Part shown: piece by piece, positions 28,449 to 48,992 of the stretch | How positions within the stretch are numbered: the first letter of the stretch is position 1 | Layout: each line of letters opens with the position of its first letter | Source of the DNA: the human T2T-CHM13v2.0 reference genome, Homo sapiens | Assembly: GCF_009914755.1 (NCBI RefSeq) | Contig: NC_060928.1 | Length of the DNA stretch: 64,000 nt | Strand: one strand, 5' to 3' | Translations under genes and position numbers: made by a program | Notes under the pieces: generated by a model | Told to the model about the DNA's origin: nothing | Seen by the model: only the letters and a program-made list of their open reading frames with translations | Database searches by the model: none

Positions 28449-32580
<4,132 letters not shown>

Positions 32581-33037
32581 AAGACTAATCATAACTTCCT
32601 GCTTAGCAATTGCCCCACCCCAAGTTCCATTTAGCAACTATGGGCCAAGAATGAATAAGGGCTCTGGGGACTCAAAGGTGAACAAGACAAAATTCCTTTC
32701 TCCAGAGATCTTTGTCTTACAGTGTAGTGGGGAAAATACAGTAATAGGAGTTACAAGCACAGACTAGCCACTCTGTGCCCAAACTAGGAGTAGTGAGTAG
32801 AGTGAGAAAAGGAAAAGTAATGAAGGTGGGTTATGTACGGCTTTTGGAGAAATGATCGCTAAATGATTTTATGTGGTTTGAAGAATGAACCTGAAGAGTA
32901 AAAGAAAGGATATCTATGTAGACTTTTCTTAAAAGAGTTTAATGGAGTGAGTAGATAGGAAGGCAATGAAGGTATAGACAAGATATGAACAAGATCCTTA
33001 AAGGGACAGAAATCAAGAGCACAAATTAAGAAATACA

Positions 33038-33350
33038 GGCCAGGCACAGTGGCTTGTGCACTTTGGGAGGCCGAAGCAGGCGTATCACTTGAGGTCAGGA
33101 GTTCGTGACCAGCCTGGCCAACGTGCTGGAACCCCATCTCTACAAAAAACACAAAAATTAGCCGAGTGTGATGGTGGGTGCCTGTAATCTCAGCTACTCA
33201 GGAGGCTGAAGCAGGAGAATCTCTTGAACCCAGGGGGCGGAGGTTGCAGTGAGCAGAGATTGTGCCATTGCACTCCAGCTTGGGTGACAGAACAAGACTC
33301 CATCTCAAAAAAAATAAATAAATAAAAATAAAAAGTAAAATAAACAAATA
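33038..33350 (+). mobile_element. AluS
   Basis: Dimer with small 5' deletion and A-rich tail. Confidence 0.93.
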
Positions 33351-34009
33351 AATAATAAAAAGCAGCCCTGAAATAAAAACGTGAATTTAAATGTAAAGTG
33401 ATAGGTAAATTCCTCCCTAATCAGTAGAATTTTCCCAATAATGATGTCCTCTGCCAAGTGTGATTCATATAGTAATTAGAGCTTTTGAAGATTGGCTATA
33501 AATGTTTGAAATAGTTGCCAAAGAAAACAGGAATGAAAAGAACAGTGTCCAAAGACTGTAAAAGCACTTTCCATTGGCACTGATCCCCACCATGTATTGT
33601 AGAGATAATATTTCTGGAGGCACCAATCAGGTTCCACATTGGAACCTTCTCTAGCAGGGCCAAAAAGCCATTGTGTTGAGTGGAGAAGGCAGATTATGGA
33701 GGAGTAAAGATGTGAGACCTGGAGTGGGAATCAAAGGAATGGAGGGCTCTGTGCAATTAATAGTAGGAATAATGGGACAGCCTAAAATAGCTGGAAGGAT
33801 AGGACCGCCTTAGCTCCTAATCTGAACCTAAACTATTAAACAGCTCATTCATTATATTAAATCCTCACATCAACCCTCTGAAATGAAGTGACATATTTTA
33901 GAAGCCACAGTATCCCAGATCTTGTACAGAAAATATTCTTCCAGAAATTTTAATTACACAAGCTCTTTTGAACCCATTCAAATCAAAAGGTATTTTGGTA
34001 ATTAACTGA

Positions 34010-34337
<328 letters not shown>

Positions 34338-34454
34338 TAGATGAGTCTGCTTCTACAGTAAACTCTTTTATAGCTAAGGATTAGGGTAATTTACTCAAAC
34401 ATGCTTTAAAAAGTTTATTCATTCTCCAGCAAAGTCTTAGTAGAAAAAAAGTTT

Positions 34455-34880
34455 ATTCAGTCCAACAACTGATGAATAAATAAATAAAATGTGGTATAAC
34501 CAATTAAATATTATTTGGGGATAAAAAATAGTAAAGTACTGATGCATGCTGTAGCATGGAAAAACTTTGGGAAAAAAGCAGCATGTGAAGTAAAAGAAGC
34601 CAGACACGAAAGGCAACATATTATATGATTCCATTTGTATGAAATGTCCAGAACAGGCAAATCTATAAAGACACAAAGTAGATGATGGTGCCTAGGGCTA
34701 GGGGAGAGAGGGAGGAGAATGAAGAGTGACCAGGTTTCTTTTAGGGGAGAAGAAAATGTTCTACAATTAGATTGTAGTGATAGTTGCACAACCTTGTGAA
34801 TATACTAAAAAATACTGAATTATATACCTTAAATGTGTAAATTATATGGTATGTGAATTATATCTCAAAGCTGTTTTTTA
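34455..34880 (+). mobile_element. L1MB/L1MC 3' end
   Basis: gatgaataaataaataaaatgtggtata ... gaacaggcaaatctataaagacac ... gtatgtgaattatatctcaa. Confidence 0.8.
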
Positions 34881-35336
34881 AAAATTTACTCATTTCATGT
34901 TTTAGAGACCTAAAATGTACTAACAATTCAAAACATGATAGTTATTAACAATTTAGTAACCCGCTAGAAAATATTTCACAACCTATATCTGTTATTCCAA
35001 ATAATTGGAAGATGGTAAATCAGTCATGTACCTAATTGATTGATAATTTATTTTTTAAAAAACTATGATATTTTGGTATAATGTAGAATGGCCTTTTTTC
35101 TTGGAATTGTATTATTGTAGGATTGTCTTATAATTTATTTATTTTATGGTGCTTATACTTCCATAATTTAAATGATTTAAACCCAATTGTACTGAATTTT
35201 GCTCTATAGTCATATTTTAAGGTGACATTGATATTTTGGTCCTCTATTTGGTCCATACTTATAAAATCATGCAGTTATTGGTATTTTAATTATAAAACAT
35301 TGCTGAATCATTTCATCAAAGATTAACAAATTTCTT

Positions 35337-35732
35337 GGATTAAGAAAATGTGGCACATATACACCATGGAATGCTATGCAGCCATAAAAAATGATGAGAT
35401 CATGTCCTTTGTAGGGACATGGATGAAGGTGGAAACCATCATTCTCAGCAAACTATCGCAAGGACAGAAAACCAAACACTGCATGTTCTCACTCATAGGT
35501 GGGAATTGAACAATGAGAACACATGGACACAGGAAGGGGAACATCACACACCGGGGATAGTTGTGGGGTGGGGGGAGGGGGGAGGGATAGCATTAGGAGA
35601 TATACCTAATGCTAAATGATGAGTTAATGGGTGCAGCACACCAACATGGCACACGTATACATATGTAACAAATCTGCACGCTGTGCACATGTACCCTAAA
35701 ACTTAAAGTATAATAATAATAATAATAATAAT
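35337..35732 (+). mobile_element. L1PA (about PA4/PA5) 3' end with (TAA)n tail
   Basis: L1 3'UTR with G-rich tract; TSD aaatttctt. Confidence 0.95.
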
Positions 35733-35857
35733 AAATTTCTTCACCGTGGATTGCTAAACATTAAATTCAATGTGTGGCACCTTTACCTGTTTGGATAGGT
35801 TATCTCCTTAGTTCCCAAATCAGCCTTACATTCTTCTTAGCAGCCTTTGTTTTTTGT

Positions 35858-36370
35858 CATTCATTCATTCAACAGCTTGTATTGAGCACCTCTTATGTGC
35901 CAGGTACTGGGGATATGCAGCAAACAGACACTCTCTCTGGGATGTAGGAGTCCAGGAAGGATGTATAATTGAATAAATAATTGCAATAATAGGCATTGTG
36001 GCAGCACTTAGTAAAGAGTCCTTAACAGATATAGAAATCAAGCTAAGGCATTTCAAGGAAGGTGATGACAAGGTCAAGACTTGAAAAATGAATAAAAATT
36101 AGGAAGGCAATGAGTAGGATAGTTCAAAGGGATAATAAGCATATTAAAAAGTGCAGAAATCGGTTACATAATCAAGCTTCAAAGGTAACGTTCAATAGTT
36201 CAGAGTGGTTTAAGAATTGAGTGCAAAGGAGGAGATATGGCTACAGAGAACTAGACAGGTTTTGAAATGCCTAATAAGCTGGTTTAAGGAATTTCGATCG
36301 TCTAAGGGGAATGGAAGTCTTGAAGAGTCTTAAGCTTTAAAACAAGATTAAGATCTGTGATTTTAGAAAG
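35858..36370 (-). mobile_element. L2 3' fragment
   Basis: cattcattcattcaacagcttgtattgagcacc...gtgccaggtactggg. Confidence 0.7.
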
Positions 36371-36926
36371 ATTAAATATCTTTAAGTACTCTTCAAATCA
36401 AGCAACCTGACAAATCCTTATAATCATGATTCCTATGAACCTCAGCTATTATTTCCAAATATTTGGCATTTTTTCCCACTTGAAAAAGAGTTATCACAAA
36501 GGGATAATCTGTCCCTTCCAGTAGCAACCAATCAATTTGCAAGTGGAGCTCCCTTGGCTGAGAGCTTCCAGGTGCACTAGATCAAGAAGAGTAAGAACAA
36601 CCATTTTTAAAGCTCCTTTTCATTACACAATGTTACCTCTGAAGAGATAATGGTACGTTTGCACCATGAAATATTATGTAATCATTAAAAATAAAGAATT
36701 AGAGCTATTGACATAGAAAGGTTTCCAGAAAGTATTTCTAACAAGAAATGCAAGATGCAGGAAAGTGTCTCCACAATCTTGCAACCATAACATCCCACTA
36801 TATATGTATATGTATATTAGCATATGTATTGTACATGTTTATATTTGAATATGATGAACATTTATCACAGTATCCAAGCTGAGTAAAGTTTCTCACTTCC
36901 ATTTGTTTTATATGCATGTATAAAAC

Positions 36927-37452
<526 letters not shown>

Positions 37453-37603
37453 CCTGTTACATTGTTATATAAGAGCACATGTGATTGCACAAAGCAAAAC
37501 AAAACGAACCTAGTAAAAAGAACCCCATCAACCAACTCCCACTAGGAACCTCAGCTTAGTCTTGATTTTTAATGAATACACATACACACTGAAGTTTTCT
37601 CAG

Positions 37604-37934
37604 TGTTGCAATTTGGCCTCCCTGGGAAGCTGACTCTGAGTTGGAGAGTGCAGGGAGTTCATTGAGAAATGCTTTGGGGATCAACCACTGTGGAATATTC
37701 TTGCAGAATTGTGCTGAACTGAAACAAAAGGACATTTATATTCACACAGTAATCAGTCATCGATGCGGGCTTCCTCCTCCCTACACACTTTGACTTTGTA
37801 GACAGCAGGTCTACAATCTTTTGAGGGAGAATGCAGCTGGGATGGGAACTGTAAGTTACCAGCAGTCAGAAGGACTTAGTGCTTCAGTCGTGAAATGGGG
37901 AATGAATAGAACATGTATCACAGCATCTACTACA
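37604..37934 (-). mobile_element. LTR33-like ERVL solo LTR
   Basis: Minus strand starts tgtagtagatgctgtg; plus strand ccctgggaagctgactctgag. Confidence 0.65.
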
Positions 37935-37949
37935 AGTCATTAGCATTTT

Positions 37950-38005
37950 TTTTTTTTTTTGAGATGGAGTCTCGCTCTGTCACCCAGGCTGGAGTGCAGT
38001 GGCGC
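37950..38005 (-). mobile_element. Extremely 5'-truncated Alu (45 nt plus tail)
   Basis: Perfect 14-bp TSD gtcattagcatttt at 37936-37949 and 38006-38019. Confidence 0.95.
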
Positions 38006-38158
38006 GTCATTAGCATTTTATAAGGAATCATGATTTAATATACTTATTTATCCTATTTAGTGCTTTCATCTTAAATTCCAGCTCGTTTCATATTAATCAC
38101 ATTTATTACTATTATTAAGATTCAGGTCATTTTATAGACCTAGTAGTTAAATATATAT

Positions 38159-38637
38159 TGTGGTAGCCAGCCTCCATGATGGCCCCCAATGATCTCTGTC
38201 TCCCAGTTCTCTCACCCATGTGTAGTTCCTACCCACACTGCACTAGGAGTAGTCTCTGTGACCACTGGAATACAGTAGAAGTGATGGCATGTCAGTAGTG
38301 ACATTCAGTTATAAAAGACACTGCAGCTTTTATTACCCTCTTTTCAGATCCCTTGTTCTGGGTGAAGATGCTAGCTACGATAGGCAGGCTCGCTGCTGAG
38401 GACCTGTGGCTTGCAAATAACATTAGTAAGTTTGGAAGTCAATACTCCAGTCCTACTTGAGTCTTGACATGACTGCAGCCTCAGCTAAAAACTTGAGAAA
38501 CCCTTATGCAGAACCACACAGCTAAGTCACTCCCAGATTCCTGATTCTCAGAAATGAGGTGAAATAATAAACATTTGTTGCTTTAACCTGCCTGATTTGG
38601 TGGGTAACTTGTTGTGTGGCAATAGATAACTAATACA
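38159..38637 (+). mobile_element. MLT1F-type MaLR solo LTR
   Basis: tgtggtagccagcctccatgatggcccccaatgatc ... gcaatagataactaataca; TSD tatat. Confidence 0.85.
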
Positions 38638-39871
38638 TATATATTTTTAATTATTGAAATATTTCTACCAAATTTCTGGAACTCATGAAGGTATAATTTA
38701 AACCAGCTAAAATAAATAAAGGAGGATAAACAATGGAAGATAATTAGGATATTAGAACATTTAGGACTATCATACATTTTGCTTTGCTAGAATCTAGGTA
38801 TCTGTGTAGGCAAAGGAATAGTAAGATTGCTATAGAAACAACATACATTATATACACCCTTTCTCATGTCCTCTATTAACCCAAGATGATTAAGTTGGTT
38901 TAAATATTTGAGGGTTTCTCCTTTTTTTCTTTTTTCTTTAATTTTTTAAAAAAATTAATACTTATGTAGAAACTCATCTGGGGCTGACAGTCTGTCTTCT
39001 AGCTTACAATTTATAGCAACACAGAACAACTACTTTTATGATGCTCAACAGTCTTTGGGAATCAGTCTTAACAGGTGTGCTGCAAATGTCTATTTCCAAG
39101 ATGACGACGATGACTACATCAATTTCAAACAGGAATGTGTTAGAATAGGACTGTGTGTCAATATTTGTTGAAAACTTAAAATAATCATGAATCAATGACC
39201 AAAAAGACAAGATTTAAAGGAAACAGGCCTAACAGATACTATCTAATACTATTACATAATTTTTCCTAAGCACACTAAAAATTGTATTTTTAGTTTATAT
39301 CAGTTAAAAAATTAACTTTTAAAATTATTTGATTATTCTTACATCATTGGAGGACAGACAGTTTTACAGAAATCACAAGGAACATGAAAACAAAAAATGT
39401 TTAAGCAACAAATAGAAGTATAATAACTTTATAAAACTTGGAATAACTCTAAAGAGTTTGCAACAGAGCCCACTAGAACACAACTTTTTTCAAGTTCTAA
39501 GAATCATTCAACCTAATGTTTTTATTTACATATGAGAAAACCAAAGTAATAATAATGATAATATTTTACTGAAGGCTCATATATGTCAAGCAAAGCACCC
39601 ACCTAAGCATATACCCCCGCACTTGATCTTTTCAATTTTGCCTTATCCTTTTCTTTCCAAAAGCAATGATCACTTTCTAATATACCACATAATCTATATC
39701 ATTTATTAGTCTACTGTTAGGTTAAGTAATTTACCTACTCCCATGGAGCTTGAGCTGGGTTTAGATTCTAGATTTCCTTATACCTGTTTGAGCCTATTTG
39801 AGACTGTCAACAAATTTGTGCCTACTACGCACCACAACACAATCTATCCACAGGCCAAATTGCTGCTGCTT

Positions 39872-40135
39872 CTTTTATTTATTTATTTATTTTTTTTGAG
39901 ATGGAGTCTTGGTCTGTCACACAATCCTCCTGGGTTCAAGCAATTCTGCCTCAGCTTCCGAAGTAGCTGGGATTACAGGCGCCCGCCACCATACCCAGCT
40001 AATCTTTGTATTTTTAGTAGAGATGGGGTTTCACCATGTAGGCCAGGCTGGTCTTGAACTCCTGACCTCAAGTGATCCACCTGCCTTGGCCTCCCAAAGT
40101 GCTGGGATTATAGGCATGAACCACTGTGCCCCGCC
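39872..40135 (-). mobile_element. AluS with internal deletion in the right arm
   Basis: Reverse Alu; ctgtcac^acaatcctcc junction. Confidence 0.9.
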
Positions 40136-41877
40136 TCCAATTGCCCCATCTTACTGGAAATACAAAAAATTTTGAGGAGGAAAGTGCTTTAGAAATGATT
40201 CTAAATTTTTTTTATTTCCTTAAAGAGACTGTATTTAGAATATGAACCCATATTAATTATGAACTATTTCATGATTTAAATACATATGTTATTGTTTGGC
40301 TACTCTAGATATACAGAAATGTGTGAAATAAATGTCCCTTGTAGGATTAGTTCTTTTATCTTAAAATATTATGTTCACATTTAACTTGTGATTAGGGACT
40401 GGAATTCAGGCAGAGTAAAGACCTGTTTGGTTTATGACTCATACTATATAGATTTTGGGTGGTTTGGTGCCTGTGGCACTTCAGGCCTGTAATGGCAAAT
40501 CATTGCTGGAATGATGATTTTTTTCCCCTCACTTTTGAAATCCTTCATCAAATGGATAAATGCACTTAAATAACATAACTTATGTAGGCTAAATATTGCA
40601 AAAATGGATATGGAGTTATGCTGTTAATATGCATTTCCCAGAATTTTTACAAAAGACTTACATTTAGCCAATTACATTTTGATCTCTATTCTTCCTTACA
40701 ATTTAATCCCCAAACTCAGCCCTAAATATCAAAGGTGTTTGTATACCAAATTGTTCAAAGTACGTTTATACATTTCCAAATTATTTCTCATTTAATCCAG
40801 TTAAATTGGGTGAATTTAAGTCTGAACTCAAGTTATTCATTCCTTCATTCCCAGAATATTTATAGAGCATCTATTTCAAAAAGCATTTCAATAGGCTGTC
40901 ACAGAGCTTAGAGTCTATGGGGGGTGACAGAGAATTATACAAGCAATTATGACACAGTGATAAGGACACACAATAGGAAAATACTGTATTCTCTGAACAC
41001 TGAGAATGGCTGAGAAAGGGCATGAAAGACAATCAGCTGGGTGAAGGTGGGTGGAGATAACCTACCTTCAAGGAAGAGCGTCCAAGACAAGAGAACGGCA
41101 TATGTTTAAAGGCTAGGAAGGGTGAGAATGTTGCACGGAAGGAGCAAAAGTTCAGTATGGATGGAGTTGGGTGGGGAGGGTCATAACTGAATATGAGACT
41201 AGAGAGAACCCAGTAAAATTTCCCCAATACAAAAGCTTCTTATCTATTTGTCAATGCTTCAAATTCCATTACTTTGCTCACTGGTTTGCTGATGATTCAA
41301 ACTCGAGCCTTTCATTATGTAATTAAAAATTAAATTTAAACTGCAAAGACACAAGGCAGAAATAGCCACTGAAGCATTAATAACAGAGTATGCCTTTAGC
41401 TCACGCATACAGGTGAGTCTAGAAGCTTAAAATTGGGTGCAAATTTATGAGGGCCAGAATATTAACCTTTTATTACTTACACCTTGGACAGATCGATTTC
41501 ACACTTATCTTCACCTCCTTTTCAGAAGACACAGAAACATTCATAACTGAATGTCTATGTGCAGATACTGGTTCCAGCTGGAAAGTCTTATCCCAACTTC
41601 TTTGTTTGCCCTATTTCAACTCATCCTTTCAGGACCCAACTGAATAGCCATCTCCTTAATGAGGCATTCTCAATTTACACAGTTAGTCTTACACCTTTTG
41701 TGCTACCAAAGTATGTCATTCATACCTCTGTAATAGCATTTACTCTGTGGTAATATTCTGTTAACAAGTCCATCTCCTCACTTAATGACAAACTCCTTCT
41801 CTACAGGTACTAGGTCTTATTTTCTTGGTATCCCTAGCACCCAGCATTGTAACTAGCCTATCAGACATAAAACTGAT

Positions 41878-42017
41878 GGGCATGGTGATGAGTGCCTCTA
41901 TTCCCACCTACTCAGGAGGCTGAGGCAGGAGGATCATTGGAGGCCACAGTCTGCTATGATGGAGCCTGTCAATAGTCACTGCACACCAGCCTGGACAACA
42001 TAGTAAGGCCATATCTC
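41878..42017 (+). mobile_element. FAM (fossil Alu monomer)
   Basis: Alu monomer retaining the 7SL-like ctgctatgatggagcctgtcaatagtcactgcac segment. Confidence 0.75.
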
Positions 42018-42728
42018 AATCAATCTGTTGAAACATAAATCCAATCAGTGGCTAGCAGGGACTGGGGAAGGAGGGGAGAAGACTGATAATAAGATAAGAG
42101 GATGATATATTACCCTCTTGATATAGATATATGTCTCAGGGGATATATCTCAGGGGTGATATGTCTCAGGGATGGTGGTGGTTATATGACCATATATATT
42201 TTTCAAAACTCATCAAACCATTCACCTAAAAAATGTAAATTTTACTGTATGTATATTATACCCCAAAAAACTGCATAGGAATAAGGGAATAAACATGAAT
42301 TAATGAAAGATACAATGAAGCATTTACCTGAGACTTAATTTCCTTGCTAGGACTACTTACTTTTTTTAAAGTGATATCTGAAACCAGGGCAATGCTTAGC
42401 AGCAACAGAACTTTAATGGTGGGTATTTTAGATACACCAGTGAGCTTTCTGAACAGGGGCACTTCTACTAATTATTTACATTATTCTAATTTGCCTAAGT
42501 ATAAAAGTTACTGGCCAATATCTATCATTCTGAGACAACTTTGGTATTACTTCTGATACAGTACAAGTCATTATAATTCACAAAAATAAAGTATTCCTTT
42601 CGGTATAGTTAACTCAAAACTGCCTTTCCAGTAAGTCTGAGAGATATATTAAGAGAAGAAAACAAGTGCGCTACAGAAATTTCAAATGAAACCAAACTCT
42701 GAACATGTAGAACTTATAAAATATTTTG

Positions 42729-43024
42729 GACCCGGTGCATGGTAGCTAACATCTGTAATCCCGGCACTTTGGGAGGCAGAGGTGGGTGGATCACTCAATC
42801 TCAGGAGTTTGAGACCAGCTTAGCCAACATGGTGAAACCCCGTGTCTACTAAAATTACAAAAATTAACCACGCATGGTGACACACACCTATACTCCCAGC
42901 TACTGGGGAGGCTGAGGCACAAGAATCTCTTGAACCCAGGAGACAGAGGTTCCAGTGAGCCAAGATAGCACCACTGCACTCCAGCCTTGGTGAGGAAGTG
43001 AGATTCTATCTCAAAAAAAAAAAA
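42729..43024 (+). mobile_element. AluS/J
   Basis: Dimer with A tail. Confidence 0.93.
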
Positions 43025-44202
43025 GGAAAAAAATTGCATTAAATTTGTGACCTTTTTACATGTGCCTTAAGATGATCTATTTATCAAGTTATCCTTAGAC
43101 ACCTTTAAAATTGTGATAATCTGACAACAAATTAACCGATGTTGAGTTAGAGTTGTGATGGGTTACTAACCTGTTTCTCCCTCTCTAAAGACTTAGGTTT
43201 AAATTTGTCTTAGGACATAAATTTAAATGTTTACTATTCTAATTTAATCACCAGTGAAAGGTGGTGTCTATGCAGGCGTGCACATACAGCACCGTCACCT
43301 CTCATGAATTTCAATCTCCGCTCAGCGATGTAAGGATATTCTCCTACATAAACATAGTACCACTGTTACACCTAAGCATATGAACAATAATTCCATAATA
43401 TCACCTAACATATAAACTATATTTAAATTCCTCCAATTGTCCCAAAAATGTTTTTTACATGATAAAAATATTCCTAAAATAAAAAGTGAAACTTGAGGCC
43501 TGTGTCAAGCATCATGGTACATTACTTGAAGCAATGTCTAGTATTGCATATAATTCACAGTTGTTTCATTTCTTCTTCTGTAATTTTCAAACCCAGCATT
43601 TTCTACAACACCCCGGGGCAGTTGGAAACAGCTTATGTCTGTTTTCCAGTCTTAGTTCCACTTCTTACCAGCTAAAACATGGGCTAAGTCACTGCCATGT
43701 AAACTTTCTAAGAGTCAATTTCTTCGTTTATAAATGAAGAAGTAACATTGTCATGATTATAGTCAGGATTTAATGAAATTATAGATGTCTTTTATAAACT
43801 TAATATACTCCATTATTTTATCCTGGATTCTTATCTTAGGACATGGACAAATCACTAGGTTTGTTGTAACTAGTCATAGCACAAGCCTGTCTACTGGTAA
43901 AATGAAGGGTGAATATGGGGAAATTTCAGAGATTGTTGTAGCTAAATCAACATATATTTGTTAAGCACTTACTATATACAAAGATAGAATAGTAGGCACC
44001 TGGGAAACAATACAATTCCTGCTTTCCTGAACTTATTATAACAAGTATTTATGTAAGTATTATCCCTGTTTTACAGTGAGGAACCAGGGCTCAGAGAAAA
44101 AAAAACATGCCAAGTAGCTATTTCATTGGTCTCTATTAGGACCATATGTGCAATGTATTTGTAAGTGCCCAGCATAATTCTTGGTCTTACAAAACTTCAT
44201 TA

Positions 44203-44510
<308 letters not shown>

Positions 44511-44949
44511 ACTACATTAAAACATCATCTAGGGAAAAATCAGTGACCTTCCAAGCAGGTCCTCACCACAATGTGGTTATCATGACAGCTTTGTATGTCT
44601 AGAAATCCTGTTTGATGGTTATCATTGTCCAAAGTTTATTTCATCATCTCCCCCAAAGTAGCTCCTCCTCCTCCACCTTTATTTCTTATGTCAGGAGAAC
44701 CATCATCCATCTACGTCATTGTCCATTCCAGAATTCTCCTGTCCTCATAATCAATGTCCCCTACCTCATCTCAAACTATCAGCAAATCCTGTCAATTCTA
44801 TTTTAAGAATTTGTTTCCAAATTCATCTTCTTCTCTCCATCTCCATTAGCACTACCCTAGTCTAGATAACTGTCATGTTTCCCTTGGAAAATGACAATGG
44901 CATTCTCTCTTAACTTTAGGTGGCCTTTGGCCTTTTGTTGTTGTTGTTT

Positions 44950-47230
<2,281 letters not shown>

Positions 47231-47360
47231 GCCTCCAGTCTTTCTGCATTCCAAATTAATATTTGTACAGCATTAGTCGACTTAACTATAGCTGCCTAAA
47301 AAACGATTGATATTTTCCCTGCCCTGAGGATTAAGGACAAACTCCTTTACATAACCTCTC

Positions 47361-48015
47361 TTTTGTTGTTGTTGTTGTTGTTGTTGTTTTACAGATAAAC
47401 AGTTTTTTTAATTCCTCCTCCTCCTCTTCTTCCTCCTTGTTTCTTCATCTTCCTCTTCCACTTCTTTCCAGGCAACTTTAGCAGGACTCTGCACTATCAA
47501 ACTTTCCTGTAGACTTATAGTCAGCAACATCCTTCTCACATACTTCTCCTTCAGTTTTGCCGCCTTAGTGATGTAAGGCTGCTTTTCACTGTCATTTAAG
47601 TTATTCTACATCTCACCCAGCTTTTTTGCCACATCTCCAATAGAGATGCCAAGGTTTGTGGATTTGATCTTGGGGCGGAATTCTGAACAGAATAGGAAGA
47701 ACCCAGATGGTGGCCTTTGGGGGCATTAGGATCCTTCTCCTTCTTGCCTCTTTTAGCTGGTCCATAATCCTTCATTTTCCGATCATAGCGTTCTTTATCC
47801 ACCTTGGCCGTTTCATCAAATTTAGACTTTTCTTTCCCAGACATTGTCTTCCACCTCTCAGAGCACTTCGTGGAAAATTCTGCAAAATTGACAGGGACTT
47901 CTGGGTTTTTCTTCTTATGTTCTTCTCTGCACGTCTGCCCAAAGAAGGCATAAGCAGAGATCTTGCCCTTTGGTTTCTTGGGGTCAAGAAACGAAGAATG
48001 TATTGTTCGCTAGTC
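47361..48015 (-). pseudogene. HMGB3P15: HMGB3 processed pseudogene (probably the copy annotated HMGB3P15; number recalled from the locus, not checked)
   Basis: Intronless [44 protein letters not shown]..acidic tail; frameshift, TGG>TAG stop, no ATG; (AAC)n-decayed poly(A); degenerate TSD taca(t/c)aa(c/g)ctct. Confidence 0.93.
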
Positions 48016-48444
48016 TACACAAGCTCTTAAGGACTTCAGCCTCTTCTCTCCTTGTCTCTGTTTTACTTTCTTTACTGGTTTACTTCTACTCATCTTTCAT
48101 AACTCAGCTGTCACTTTTCCCTGGCTTCTTCTACAAAAATTGTAAGAGCACTCTAGCACTATACTTTCACTATCATAGCATATTTTGCACTATTTTGTAA
48201 TTTAAGGTCTTCTCACTGACTGAGCTATCTGAGGAGAGGAATCTCATCAATCTTGTTTATTCTTACATGTCTCAGCATCTCTTATAGTCCTTGGAACAGA
48301 GTAGGCCCGGAATAAAGATTAATTAAATTAATTAATGGGAGTTATGCACCATATACAAATCTATGTACACTGTAATTTATAATCGATTTATGAAATTTAC
48401 AAGGGTAACTTTTAGTTTTTTTAAAAAACTAAAAAAAACTTTAG

Positions 48445-48625
48445 TTTTTAAATTGACAGAAATTGTATATATTCATGGTATACAACATGATGTTTTGACA
48501 TATTTACATATTGTGGAATGGCTAATCAAGCTTATTAACATATGCATCACTTCACATATTTATCATTGTTTTGTGGCAAAAACACTTAAAAATCTACTCT
48601 CAACAATTTTCAAGTATACAATACA
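48445..48625 (-). mobile_element. L1MA 3' end fragment
   Basis: aattgtatatattcatggtatacaacatgatgttttga...ctactctcaacaattttcaagtatacaatac. Confidence 0.75.
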
Positions 48626-48939
48626 AGGAGAATTTTAATTCAAAGTGTTTTTTTTTTTTTCACTTTATTTGCTTTCTGGGAGCTTAATTCCTAAGTACGA
48701 TAAAATTCCATTCTAAAAATAAGAAATATTTACGTAGTCTTAACTATATGCCAGTCCCGGCCCTAAGCATGAATTATTTCAAATTTAATTCACAGAAATC
48801 CTTTAGCATGGGTACTATTTTCCCCATATTACAGATGAGGGAATTGAGAGAATATCACACAGCTAGTAAACAGAAGACACAGGATTTGCACTCAGGTGTC
48901 TCTAATTTCATAATGACTTTGTAATTTTGAAATTACTTT

Positions 48940-48992
48940 TTTTTTTTTTTTTTTTGGTGGAGGTGCCAGAGAATGAACTTGGGACCGCATAC
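48940..48992 (-). pseudogene. Retroposed 3' half of tRNA-Ala with CCA and poly(A)
   Basis: Minus strand gtatgcggtcccaagttcattctctggcacctccaCCA-A(n) aligns to tRNA-Ala GTATGAGGTCCCGGGTTCGATCCCCGGCACCTCCA; TSD tgaaattacttt at 48928-48939 and 48993-49004. Confidence 0.85.

Noticed and set aside
47596-48030. HMG-box ORFs as an expressed retrogene
   Set aside because: ATG lost, frameshift after KDPNAPK, in-frame stop
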